This document shows positions 31,368 through 40,776 of a DNA stretch of 64,000 nucleotides, in pieces. The notes under the pieces were generated by a model, which did no database searches, was not told the origin of the DNA, and saw only the letters and a list, made by a program, of their open reading frames with translations. Each line of letters begins with the position of its first letter. Position 1 is the stretch's first letter. Both the position numbers and the translations under genes were made by a program. The stretch is taken from the NCBI GenBank assembly GCA_964415285.1, contig CAYPZP010000002.1, forward strand, positions 11,595 to 75,594, in the 5' to 3' direction. This DNA is from an uncultured Halomonas sp. GTDB lineage: Bacteria; Pseudomonadota; Gammaproteobacteria; Xanthomonadales; Wenzhouxiangellaceae.

Positions 31368-33083
31368 TCAGTCGAAGGCCGAATCCCAGTTGCGGGGGTT
31401 GCCGTTCTCGTCGACCACCAGCGCGGTCGTCCCTTCGGGCAGCACCTGCAAGGTCTTCAGAAACTCGATGATCGAGTTTCGACCGTAGTCGTCCAGCGCG
31501 GACCAGCCTTCATAGGCATCCATCGCATCGCCGCGATGCGCTTCGATGGCCTGGCGCATGGTCGTGAACAGCCCGTGGTGGAAATACGGCGGCTCGTTCG
31601 CGGCGCCCCACAGCTTCTTGGTGATGAAACTGCAGTTGCCTTCGTGAAATTCCGCCGAATCAGCCGGGAAATGCATATTCAGCGCTTCACAGTTCGGGTC
31701 GTCGGGTCCGCTAGTGATGTTGTGCACCTTCAGGTCGGTAAACGCAGGCACCCAGACCGTGTTGGTGCCCGGGTCCGCCGAAAGACGCGGCTGGTCAAGG
31801 CGCGGATCGTTCAGATCCATCGAGAAGGTCGGATACTCGCCGGCCTGAAGATTACCAGGCGGATTGAACGGGTTCGGCTCTGTGTAGACCCAGCCGTCGT
31901 TGGTCAGCGGCAGCGCCGGCGTATGGCAGTCGGCACATCCGATATCGACGAACAATTGCTCGCCGTTGGCGACGGCGTCTTCAATCGCCGGATGACGCGG
32001 AATGACGCGCCCCGGCACGCTCAGTTGCGCCTGCCATGCGGAGACCGCTGTCATGTCGGCAATGCTCAGGTTGTTATCGAAGCCGTCACCGTCGATATCG
32101 CCTTCGCCAAAGCGCTCGATCGACTGGATGCCGTGGTGATGGTTCATCGCGCCGTTGGTGAATTCGCGCAACGACACCACGGCCGATGCCTGGTGGAACG
32201 GACGGATGATTAGATTCGGCGGCGAATCGGGTCCGCCGGACTGCAAGCTCGGCGGGACCAGGCCCTCGACGCCCGACACGTCCCAACTGCCGTCGGCAGA
32301 GCGCGCCAGGGTTCCGTAGGAAACGCCCTTACTGATCAAATCCACCGACTCACCCGGGGCCAACGCATCGCGCTGGGCCTGAAGGTCGGCGGTGACTTGG
32401 CGAGCAAGCATCTCAAGATAGCCCGAACCGAACATGCCCGGGGTGGCACGTGAATTCGCAATCCCCTGCAGCGTGACCGGATCGCCGTTCTCGTCGAAAG
32501 CGCCACGCGTCGGAATCTCCTCGCCCACGGCGAGTACGCCGAACGTTGCGAAATCAAAACGCTGGCCGAGTACGAACACGTTGGCTACGAAGTCACCGCC
32601 ACCGCCGGAGCGCGGCAAATTGTGGCAGGCGCCGCAGGATCCGGCATCCGGGGCCGAAACCCGGTTCATGTTGAACGGAAACTCCAGCGGACGATCGGAA
32701 TCGACCAGCGGCGCCCCATTACCCTTGAGTTCAGGCCTTCCGCCGCCCTCCTGGACCGTCCAGACCGCGTCGAACAACTGACCTCCCTGACGCATCAGTT
32801 CCCCAAGCGGCAGGTCGAATTCCTCGCCGTTCTGAAGCCGCTTCTGCATCGCGACTTCCTGTCCGATGACCGGGTCGGGCTGGGGCTCGCAGTCCACTTC
32901 GACCCCGAGCAGGGCCAGCAGAATGCAGTCAACCTGGGATTGCTGGGCCGACAGCGGTCCGGCGCCCAGCAGCAACATCGCGGCCACAAGCAATCCGGCC
33001 AGGGACCCCGCGGTGCCGGCTTGCGCCGGCCGGGTACACGAATCCTTCTTACCCGTCGCCGGGTATGGGTGAATTTCCGTCAT
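31368..33083 (-). CDS. Exported di-heme c-type oxidoreductase (DHOR/DUF1111-like, cytochrome c peroxidase-like)
   Basis: Two CxxCH motifs (CGACH, CADCH), signal peptide, FTDLK.H, TKKLWG...PYFHHG...AIEAH, IIEFLKTL; GGAGGAG RBS. Confidence 0.8.
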   Translation of the reverse strand: MTEIHPYPATGKKDSCTRPAQAGTAGSLAGLLVAAMLLLGAGPLSAQQSQVDCILLALLGVEVDCEPQPDPVIGQEVAMQKRLQNGEEFDLPLGELMRQGGQLFDAVWTVQEGGGRPELKGNGAPLVDSDRPLEFPFNMNRVSAPDAGSCGACHNLPRSGGGGDFVANVFVLGQRFDFATFGVLAVGEEIPTRGAFDENGDPVTLQGIANSRATPGMFGSGYLEMLARQVTADLQAQRDALAPGESVDLISKGVSYGTLARSADGSWDVSGVEGLVPPSLQSGGPDSPPNLIIRPFHQASAVVSLREFTNGAMNHHHGIQSIERFGEGDIDGDGFDNNLSIADMTAVSAWQAQLSVPGRVIPRHPAIEDAVANGEQLFVDIGCADCHTPALPLTNDGWVYTEPNPFNPPGNLQAGEYPTFSMDLNDPRLDQPRLSADPGTNTVWVPAFTDLKVHNITSGPDDPNCEALNMHFPADSAEFHEGNCSFITKKLWGAANEPPYFHHGLFTTMRQAIEAHRGDAMDAYEGWSALDDYGRNSIIEFLKTLQVLPEGTTALVVDENGNPRNWDSAFD

Positions 33084-33277
33084 TTTTTGCTCCTCCAGGA
33101 AAAAAAGGCGGTGCACCAATCGCACCGAATCCGCGGCAGCCATGTGTCGGCTGATTGTTTTTTTGACATCGGTCCGGACTGCCGCTGTCTTCACAGTCTA
33201 TTCACACCCGCCCGAAGTCGCAAGAACGCCCGTTCCACCCGAACCGACAGCCTGAATTTGCGCGCGAATCCGCGTGA

Positions 33278-33297
33278 ATCGTGACCCAGGTCATGAT
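33278..33297 (+). promoter_or_regulatory. CRP/Clp-like operator, copy 4 (ATCGTGACCCAGGTCATGAT)
   Basis: 17/20 identical to copy 1; a TGnGATTCT -10-like element at 33315-33323 gives about -42 spacing. Confidence 0.62.
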
Positions 33298-33357
33298 CGG
33301 CACCACCCACCGCGTGCGATTCTCAAGGGCGTTTCCTTCACGCTCGGGTATCTGATC

Positions 33358-35121
33358 ATGGGAGGTCGCTCGATAAACTGCGCACGATTCTTCACCACGC
33401 TGGCCCTGGGCGCCTCGGTGGCGCTGGCCGGCCATGCCCAGGACACGATCGAGTTCGGACCGGGCGTCAACGTCTCGGATACCCCCGACAGCACCGCGCG
33501 CACCGATTACCGCATCGTCGTGGACCCCGGGACGCTGGAGAAGGTGCACGTGGTGTCGTATGCCGAAGGACCCAACGGCGAGCGCGACGTCTTCGTTCGC
33601 TATTCCGCCGACCAGACCGAGACCTGGTCGACCGCCGTCAACGTCTCCAACACCGCCGGCAACCTGAACGTGCTCGACGAGCCCGGCAACTCGAAGCGAC
33701 CGGCGATTGCGGCCTCCGACGGCCGCGTGTTGATTTCATGGGTCGATACCTACTGCCCCGGCGGCAACCAGGGAACCTACACCAACGAGGACGGTATCGA
33801 AACCGCGTTCGGCTGCATCTACACCGCCCGCTCCACCGATGCCGGCCGCACCTGGGCGGCGGCGGAGCAACTCACCGACGGCTCGCGCGACGCGATCAAT
33901 CCCTACCCGGCCGGTAGCCCGGACGGCTTTGCCGTGGCCTGGCAGGAAGATCCCGAAGGCGTCCCCGGTTCCGGCCAGGAAGGGGCATCGGGCGCCAGCG
34001 GCTCACCCGGAACGGACATCCACTACAGCGCGCTTGCGGCGGCCGGTTTCGATGCGTCGATCGCATTTCCCGCCGACACCACGGTCAGCGACAACAGCGG
34101 CACCCAGAGCGGCGACCCGGCCGCGACGCGATCGAACCTGCAGCTGGCCGGTGCCACGGCGATGCTCGGCTACGAGGAAAAGAAGGACGGCGCGCAGGGC
34201 AAGAACGTGGTCCTGCACCGTTTCGGTTTCCTGTCTCCGCCGTCGCTGTCGCCCGGCGATGTCGTCAACGACACCGCAGAGAACGCGCGGCGCGTCCGGA
34301 TCGTGGCGCAAGCGATCGGGCGCACCGGCGCTTCGGACACGCGCGCGCTGATCATCTGGCGCCAGGGCATCGGCACACAGGGCGCTCCGGCCGACCTGAT
34401 GATGCGGCGTGCCGTGGGCGGCTACGGATTCGCCGAACTCCAGCCGGCGATCAATCTCAGCGCCGCCACGCTCGACACCCCGACCCACGCCAACCCCGAC
34501 GACAGTATCCGCGGCCACCGCGCGATCCTGGACGGCGACCGCGCGGCGGTGGTGTTCATCTACACGCCGAGCGAGGCACTGCGCGCGCTGCAGCTGGTCA
34601 ACTACAACACCACCACCCGCCAGTCGCGCAACGGCGGTGTGACCTGGAGCGCCCCGCGCAACGTCTCCCACGTCGAGGACACCACGATCACGGCGTTCGC
34701 CCCGCGCATCATCGGCACGCCGCCGACGATTCCCAGCGGCGATCCGCTCGACGCACGCGATCGGGATGCGTATTTCGTCGGTTGGGACACGCGCACCAAC
34801 ACCGTCGAGCCCCACGAGGCCGAACGGCTGGACGCGTGGACGGCCGTTACCGGAAATTTCGGCCTGGATTTTTCCGACCCGATCGCGATCGCCGACAGTG
34901 CCGCGGGTGAATACTCGGTGGTACTGCAGACCGTTCCGTCGGGTCGAGTGCTGTGCGCCGTCTGGCGACAGCGCGATGACGCGACGCGTCCGGACGCGTG
35001 GATTCGCTGCGGCCCGAAATCTCCGCTACCGGTTGTCGTTCCGGTGGACTCCTGGCCGGCCTTGGTCGTGTTGATGCTGCTGATGCTGGCTGCAGCCGCC
35101 TGGTTCCGGCCACGCGACTGA
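33358..35121 (+). CDS. Secreted Asp-box-containing, choice-of-anchor-O-like protein with C-terminal VP/IPTL-CTERM-like anchor
   Basis: Signal peptide; S.D...TW Asp-boxes (SADQTETW, STDAGRTW, SRNGGVTW); WVDTYC, CIYTARS, WQEDPEG, ENARRVR; tail VPVDSWPALVVLMLLMLAAAAWFRPRD. Confidence 0.75.
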   Translation: MGGRSINCARFFTTLALGASVALAGHAQDTIEFGPGVNVSDTPDSTARTDYRIVVDPGTLEKVHVVSYAEGPNGERDVFVRYSADQTETWSTAVNVSNTAGNLNVLDEPGNSKRPAIAASDGRVLISWVDTYCPGGNQGTYTNEDGIETAFGCIYTARSTDAGRTWAAAEQLTDGSRDAINPYPAGSPDGFAVAWQEDPEGVPGSGQEGASGASGSPGTDIHYSALAAAGFDASIAFPADTTVSDNSGTQSGDPAATRSNLQLAGATAMLGYEEKKDGAQGKNVVLHRFGFLSPPSLSPGDVVNDTAENARRVRIVAQAIGRTGASDTRALIIWRQGIGTQGAPADLMMRRAVGGYGFAELQPAINLSAATLDTPTHANPDDSIRGHRAILDGDRAAVVFIYTPSEALRALQLVNYNTTTRQSRNGGVTWSAPRNVSHVEDTTITAFAPRIIGTPPTIPSGDPLDARDRDAYFVGWDTRTNTVEPHEAERLDAWTAVTGNFGLDFSDPIAIADSAAGEYSVVLQTVPSGRVLCAVWRQRDDATRPDAWIRCGPKSPLPVVVPVDSWPALVVLMLLMLAAAAWFRPRD

Positions 35122-35126
35122 GCCTC

Positions 35127-35519
35127 TCAGAACAACGCCAGGCCCATCAGGCCGAGCGAAGCGAAAAAGCCGACCCCCCAGGTCAAGCTGCGCAGCAGGT
35201 GCAGATCGGCCCAGTAGCAGGCCGCATAGGCGATCCGGGCCACGATGAACACCACCGCCAGCGAAGTCACCGCCGGCGCATCGCCGATCGCCCACAGCGC
35301 GGCGAGCAGGCCGGCGGCAAAGATCGGAAAGGCCTCGATGGTGTTGTGGTGCGCGGCCAGCGCGCGGGCGCCGAAGCCGGTCAGGCGCGCCTGCTGGGCC
35401 CGCGGGTTGCGGTTATCGTACCGACCGCCGCCTTCCCGCGCCTGCGCCAAGGCGACCGGCGCCTTGGTCAAGAGCACCAGCAGCGCGGCGAGCATCAAGC
35501 AGAGAATCGGGATGGACAT
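35127..35519 (-). CDS. MAPEG family membrane protein
   Basis: YDNRNPR, RALAAHHNTIEAF, ARIAY...Y.AD...LRS. Confidence 0.9.
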   Translation of the reverse strand: MSIPILCLMLAALLVLLTKAPVALAQAREGGGRYDNRNPRAQQARLTGFGARALAAHHNTIEAFPIFAAGLLAALWAIGDAPAVTSLAVVFIVARIAYAACYWADLHLLRSLTWGVGFFASLGLMGLALF

Positions 35520-35609
35520 GGTTGCAGGACCCGGATAGGAAAAACCCCGACAATCTACCCGATCGCCGGGGTGCGCGGCGTGCCCGCGTGCCGACTTTCG
35601 TCGAGCCGC

Positions 35610-36644
35610 TCAGCTTGCCAGGAACGCTGTCACAGGGCGCCGAAGGCTGTAGGGCGCGACCTCGGCGCGGCCGATCCGGAGCATCAGCATCGGTTCGGCC
35701 GGGGCAACGCCCAGCCAGCGCCGGAATTCCGGACGGATCGGGCCGACCTCGATCGGCTGGTTGATGAACGCGTGCTTCAGCCCGCGGGCCGTCGCCGTCA
35801 ACGCCAGGCGCTGATAGATTCGTCCGGCCTCCACCCAGCCCGGCAGCGCGTCGTCGTCGGCCGTGATCACGGCAATCGCCGACGAACTGCGAATCTCGGC
35901 GGCGTCCTTGTTCGATTGCGCGTCGGCCCGCAACCACAGTCCGGACAGCGACTCGCCCAGCCACTGCGGCAGGTCGGGGCGGCCCATCACCAGAGAGGCC
36001 AGGCCATCGCGGTGTTTCAAAGCCGTGTGAACGCTGAACCGAACCCAGTGCGCCAGCTCACGCCGGAAATCCGGATCGCCGAGCTGCGCGGCGTTTCCGC
36101 GGCGAACGAAGTCGACGACGGCTTCCAGCACTGAATCGCCCTCCAGCAAGACCGTGCGCACGCCCGCGCCCTTGCCGGCAGCATCCAGCGCCTCGCGGTC
36201 GGCGTCGTCCAGGGACGTGGCGTCGTATCGGGTCCGCGTGCATTGGCGCTCGGCGATGGCGCGGTAGCGCTCGGTCTCGCCCAGGATCCCTGCCGGCCGG
36301 AACGTCAGGCGAATCTGCGGCACGTCGGCTTCCAGCCGCGTATCGGTCTCGTAGCCGTTGACGCCGGCGGCAATGCGGATGTTCTCGGCCATGCAGCCCA
36401 GGCTCTTGAACAAATGGGCGTCGTCGGGATCGACGACCGGGCAGCGCCGGTCGTCGTCGGGCTGGATCAGGATCGCCTCCGGCTCCGGATCGATCCGAAC
36501 GCGCCACGGCTGCGTGTTGTGACTGGATGCGGCCAACGCACCGACCCGGATCCAGCGGCGCAGATCCGGCTTCCGGCCCGGGGCGGGTTCGGGCAGCGTG
36601 CGCAGCCGGCGTGCGGTTTCGACAAATTCGCTTCGATCGGACAT
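35610..36644 (-). CDS. Acg-family FMN-binding nitroreductase-like protein
   Basis: LAASSHNTQPW, VDPD..HL..SLGC..EN, RQCTR, GR.YQR.AL, NQPIE. Confidence 0.85.
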   Translation of the reverse strand: MSDRSEFVETARRLRTLPEPAPGRKPDLRRWIRVGALAASSHNTQPWRVRIDPEPEAILIQPDDDRRCPVVDPDDAHLFKSLGCMAENIRIAAGVNGYETDTRLEADVPQIRLTFRPAGILGETERYRAIAERQCTRTRYDATSLDDADREALDAAGKGAGVRTVLLEGDSVLEAVVDFVRRGNAAQLGDPDFRRELAHWVRFSVHTALKHRDGLASLVMGRPDLPQWLGESLSGLWLRADAQSNKDAAEIRSSSAIAVITADDDALPGWVEAGRIYQRLALTATARGLKHAFINQPIEVGPIRPEFRRWLGVAPAEPMLMLRIGRAEVAPYSLRRPVTAFLAS

Positions 36645-36943
36645 TCGGTTTGCCCCGCTCAAAAGCGTCGTTGGCTAAGGCCGATGGTAACCCGGCGGGA
36701 AGGTCGCTCGCATCCAGCCGCAGGCGGCTTTCGGCGCGAAGGCGGCGAAATGCCGTCGCCGGCGCTGGTCGACGACGATCCCGGCTGGAATACCGACCAG
36801 CCCGGCATTCCAGCCGCGGCCCGACTCCCCGGCCGCGCAACGTGCCTGAATTCGCGCACGCGATCTGCAATGGCCGGATAGACGCACGCGCCGAATCGCA
36901 GGTAGGCTGCCGGCTGAACAACCGGATACGGGTCGACGCGAGC

Positions 36944-37780
36944 ATGACGCTTGAATTTCGGGAAATGGCCGAGCTGGCGGCGTGGATCGAGGCACACGCC
37001 GAGCAGAAGATCTCGCTGGGCGGACTGGCCGAACGATTCGCCGCCAGCGAATCCCGCCTCCAACGCCGCTTCAGCGAAGTCATCGGGCTGAGTCCGCACG
37101 CCTACCAGCGCGCGATCCGGATCGGCCGGCTCAAGCTGGGTCTGCGTCGGGGCGACGCGGTGAGCGGCGCGATCTACGAAGCCGGATTCGGGTCGGTCAG
37201 CCGCGTCTACGAGAATGCCGACCGCGACTTCGGCATGACGCCGGCAAAATACCGCGCACGCGGTTTCGGCCTGGAGATCGACTACACCGTCTGCCGAACG
37301 CGACTCGGCCTGCTGATCATTGCAGCGACCGACCGCGGCGTGTGCCACGTTCGCTTCGGAACCTCATCGCATGAGCTTGCACAAGGCCTGGAGTCGGAGT
37401 TTCCGCACGCCTGCATCCGCGCGTCCGACGCCGGCGACGGAACCCAGCTGGCGGCCTGGCTCGCCGCACTGCAAAGCCATATCGACGCCGGCGGTCCCCG
37501 CCCGGACCTTCCACTGGCGGTGTTCGGCAGCGCGCTTCAGGTTCGAACCTGGCGATTCCTGACCAGCCTGTCCGACGGCCGTACCGTGAGCTACAGCGAG
37601 GTCGCCGACGGTGTCGAATACCCGCAGGCGGTGCGCGCCGTGGCGAGCGCCTGCGCCGCCAACGGTATCGCGGTCTTGATTCCCTGCCACCGCGTGCTGC
37701 GCAAGGACGGCAGCCTCGGCGGCTATCGCTGGGGCTTGGAGCGCAAGCGAGCGCTGCTTACCGGTCCCGCCCGGAGTTGA
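36944..37780 (+). CDS. AraC-HTH plus O6-methylguanine-DNA methyltransferase (Ada-like, lacking the N-terminal Zn domain)
   Basis: LQRRF...GLSP..Y HTH; YEAGFGS.SR.YE; AVRAVASACAAN, IPCHRV, GGYRWG. Confidence 0.85.
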   Translation: MTLEFREMAELAAWIEAHAEQKISLGGLAERFAASESRLQRRFSEVIGLSPHAYQRAIRIGRLKLGLRRGDAVSGAIYEAGFGSVSRVYENADRDFGMTPAKYRARGFGLEIDYTVCRTRLGLLIIAATDRGVCHVRFGTSSHELAQGLESEFPHACIRASDAGDGTQLAAWLAALQSHIDAGGPRPDLPLAVFGSALQVRTWRFLTSLSDGRTVSYSEVADGVEYPQAVRAVASACAANGIAVLIPCHRVLRKDGSLGGYRWGLERKRALLTGPARS

Positions 37781-37841
37781 ACGAACGACGGCCGGCGCGA
37801 CGGCGCGGGGCCGATCGCGCCGGCGGGTTCGGCGCCGCGCT

Positions 37842-38867
37842 TCAACGCGTCTGGTCGCAGTCGTAGCCGCCGATCCGGATCAACCGCTCGAAGCGGCGCG
37901 AAACCTGGCCGAAGCCGGTGGTCGAGAAGTCGATATCGGCGTCGACCACGTTGCAATGGCGCGGTCGGATCGTCATCGTGCCCAGCAGCGTCTGCGTGAC
38001 ATCGTCGCGGTCGTAGCTCTGCAGCGGTTCGGTGAAGAACGCGCCGCCTTCCAGCGCCCACATGTTCACCGTCACCTCCGGCGCGCCGACCGGGAAGTCG
38101 GCATTGCCCACGACCCAGGTCGGCTCGCCGCCCAGGTAGGTGAACATCGACAGGAACAGGTAGTTGCGGTCCGGCGGCAGTTCGCCGATCTGGATCACCA
38201 GACCCTGCCGCGGCAGGCCGTCGACGATCCATTGGCCGGTGTAGCGCCCGTGCAGCGATGGTCGCTCGAACTGGGGGTCGTCGGTCAGCTCATCGTGGTC
38301 GGCGATCGTCATCGTCACGCGCTGGTCGAACGACCACTCGAGCCGGAGCACGATTTCGGCGTTGTACTTCTGCGTCGTGATCACGTCGGCGTGGGTGTCG
38401 ACGATCAGCGTGGCGCCGTCGACGAAGCTCGGGACGAGCTGGTCGCTCATCTCCTGGGACGCCATGCCGCGGGGCTCGTAGTAACCGCTGCGGCCGAAGT
38501 GGAACAGCCCGGCGGCGCGTTCGAGACCGTCGTTCGGGATCAGGACCGGACGCGGATAGCGCACGCTGGCGCTGCCGTCTTCGAGCGTGAAGTTCACGGC
38601 GATCGCGGTCCGGCCCGGTTCATGGCAGCCAATGCGCCAGGCGCGCACGCGGATGACGGCGATGGCCGGGCCGTCGAATACCGTCAGTGTCTCGTCGTGG
38701 TCGACGTCCTCGGGCGGCTCGTCGAGTACCGACGGCACAACGGTCAGGCAACCGTGCGGAATCACCGATTGGTCGGTGAACAGATTCGGCAGATCGCGGT
38801 TCATGATCTGCGCGCCCGCCGGCAGCATGACCAGCGTCAGCGCGGTAATGAAAAGCAGGCGTTTCAT
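37842..38867 (-). CDS. Secreted hypothetical protein with a G-Q-W...QG...FTY...W...GG.F...C C-terminal domain
   Basis: Signal peptide MKRLLFIT...AGA; GAGG RBS; C-terminal domain resembles that of 56264..57589. Confidence 0.75.
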   Translation of the reverse strand: MKRLLFITALTLVMLPAGAQIMNRDLPNLFTDQSVIPHGCLTVVPSVLDEPPEDVDHDETLTVFDGPAIAVIRVRAWRIGCHEPGRTAIAVNFTLEDGSASVRYPRPVLIPNDGLERAAGLFHFGRSGYYEPRGMASQEMSDQLVPSFVDGATLIVDTHADVITTQKYNAEIVLRLEWSFDQRVTMTIADHDELTDDPQFERPSLHGRYTGQWIVDGLPRQGLVIQIGELPPDRNYLFLSMFTYLGGEPTWVVGNADFPVGAPEVTVNMWALEGGAFFTEPLQSYDRDDVTQTLLGTMTIRPRHCNVVDADIDFSTTGFGQVSRRFERLIRIGGYDCDQTR

Positions 38868-38939
38868 GGCGGATACCTCTGTGGATGATGGTTCAACCCA
38901 CCTGCGCGACCGCAACCGCGGAAGCGCAGGTCTGGCGGT

Positions 38940-40640
38940 TCAGTCGATCGCCGCCGGGTTTTCGAATCCATCGGCGAAGATCAGGTCTTCGAAGACCTCG
39001 GTGAAGTACATACCCGCCCAGCCTTCGGACTCCTCGGGATCGAGCGGATCCTCGAACAGCATCGCGGCGTTGATCGCCAGGCGGTGGTTCCGGAATCCGT
39101 CGCGCTCGATACCGACTTCGCTGACCAGGGAATCGACCGGCGCGGTCGGATCGACATCCTGCCCGATCGTTGTTCCGACCTCGGCGATGGTCCTGAGCGG
39201 AAGCTGGAACGCGAGTCCTTCGCGCAGGTAGATTCCGCTGGTGCCGTCGCGCCGCGCCTTGAAGGCGACCAGCGGCGACGGATTCGCGCCGCCGTTCAGC
39301 GCGGCGAATGCGCCCGAGCGCCAGCGCGCGAGCTCTTCGGTGTCGTCAGCATCGCCGGTGCCGGGAACGCGGCCGGAAAAGACCCAGAACAGAAAATCCT
39401 CGATGCCTTCGCGACCGGTGCGGGCCACCTGCCAGGTAGCGCCGCTGCGGACGTCGTGCACGAAGAACCCCTGGTTGACCGGAACATCGACCACCAGGCC
39501 TTGGGGATAGAGTTCGTTGCAGTAGGCCAGCAGCGCCGGATTTCCGTCCATCGGACACATCAGTGTGCGCTGGAACGTGGCCGCGCTCCAACTGCCCCAG
39601 AACGCCACCCGGTTGCCATCGCCGGTCACCGTCAGCCCTTCGCCGAAGTTCGTGAACACCGCACCGTCGGGTTCACCGGGAACCGGATCGCCGACACCCG
39701 CAATGACCTGCAGCGACGGCGTCGGTGCGATCGGCGCCCGATAGATCCCTCCCAGGTTCGGTGCATCCTCGTCGTCGAATCCGACGAAGAACACCCAGCC
39801 GTTGGCCGCGCTCGGCGGCGCCGTCGAGCCGAACGGCACATCGGTGCCGGCCGGCTGATTCGGGATGCGCGTCTCGGAATTCGCCACCATGCCGGTGAAG
39901 GGCATGGGCATCAGGTTGACGACGTTCCGGAAGTAGATGCCGGTGCGGCCCAGTTCGTCGGTCTGGTCGGTGTAGTTTCCCTTGTAGACGATCCATGGAT
40001 CGGACACCGCGGGCGAACCGGGGAACTGATCGAATCGCGTGCCCAGCGTGGTTTCCGGCACCGAGTACCAGGGAAACGTCAGCGTCACGCCGTCGAGTTC
40101 GGTGACGGCGCCGAGCTGGCTCGCGCCGGTCCGGGGCGCGAAAAGCGGCGAATAGACGTAGATGCCGGCGGTACCGACGCGCGTTTCGCCTTCGTCGGTA
40201 AGATAGGTCCAGACCGGCTCGTGCTGACCGCGCGAAGCCGCCATCGAAGCGTTCGGATCGATCCGTGGCGTCGACGGGAAATCGTTGAACGAAGCCAGCC
40301 CGCCCTGACCCATCGTATTGTTGGGATCGGGCACGGCGTCGCCGCGTACGTGCAGCCGCAAGACCGGGCCGCCGAACAGGTCGGTGCGGTAGATGCCGGA
40401 GGTCACGAAGGTCCCGGTGCCGGCGCGGCTGCGCGCCCGGAAGACGACCTCTCCGGCTTCGTTCACCGAGGGCTGGTTGTAGGAAAAGAAAGTCGATCCC
40501 GGGCGTCCATCCGGCGCCTCGGTGGCATCGTTGACGATGGTGTTCCAATCGACCGGTTGAGCAAGAACGGATGCAGCGACCAACGCGATGGCCGGAATAA
40601 CACCGGTCTGCGCGAAGGGCTTCATAACGGCGTATCTCAT
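38940..40640 (-). CDS. Secreted repeat protein (NxxGxxAF-like repeats) with DxIFxDGFE tail
   Basis: Signal peptide; SVNEAGEVVFR and recurring GIY/G..VP motifs; C-terminal DLIFADGFE; GGAGG RBS. Confidence 0.75.
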   Translation of the reverse strand: MRYAVMKPFAQTGVIPAIALVAASVLAQPVDWNTIVNDATEAPDGRPGSTFFSYNQPSVNEAGEVVFRARSRAGTGTFVTSGIYRTDLFGGPVLRLHVRGDAVPDPNNTMGQGGLASFNDFPSTPRIDPNASMAASRGQHEPVWTYLTDEGETRVGTAGIYVYSPLFAPRTGASQLGAVTELDGVTLTFPWYSVPETTLGTRFDQFPGSPAVSDPWIVYKGNYTDQTDELGRTGIYFRNVVNLMPMPFTGMVANSETRIPNQPAGTDVPFGSTAPPSAANGWVFFVGFDDEDAPNLGGIYRAPIAPTPSLQVIAGVGDPVPGEPDGAVFTNFGEGLTVTGDGNRVAFWGSWSAATFQRTLMCPMDGNPALLAYCNELYPQGLVVDVPVNQGFFVHDVRSGATWQVARTGREGIEDFLFWVFSGRVPGTGDADDTEELARWRSGAFAALNGGANPSPLVAFKARRDGTSGIYLREGLAFQLPLRTIAEVGTTIGQDVDPTAPVDSLVSEVGIERDGFRNHRLAINAAMLFEDPLDPEESEGWAGMYFTEVFEDLIFADGFENPAAID

Positions 40641-40694
40641 GACGCACCTCCACGAAGTTCCGTCCGGTGCACAAGCGCATCGGGCGATACGTTC

Positions 40695-40739
40695 ATGCTA
40701 GGCGCGGCGCGCGGGGGGCATCATGATCTGCATCACGCA
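40695..40739 (-). promoter_or_regulatory. CRP/Clp-like operator, copy 5 (TGCGTGATGCAGATCATGAT), plus -10 TAGCAT
   Basis: Site centre 40729.5 and -10 at 40700-40695 give a predicted start of 40688, i.e. -41.5. Confidence 0.62.
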
Positions 40740-40776
40740 GCCGCCGGCAGGCTGGATCCGGATCCGGCCAGCGAGG

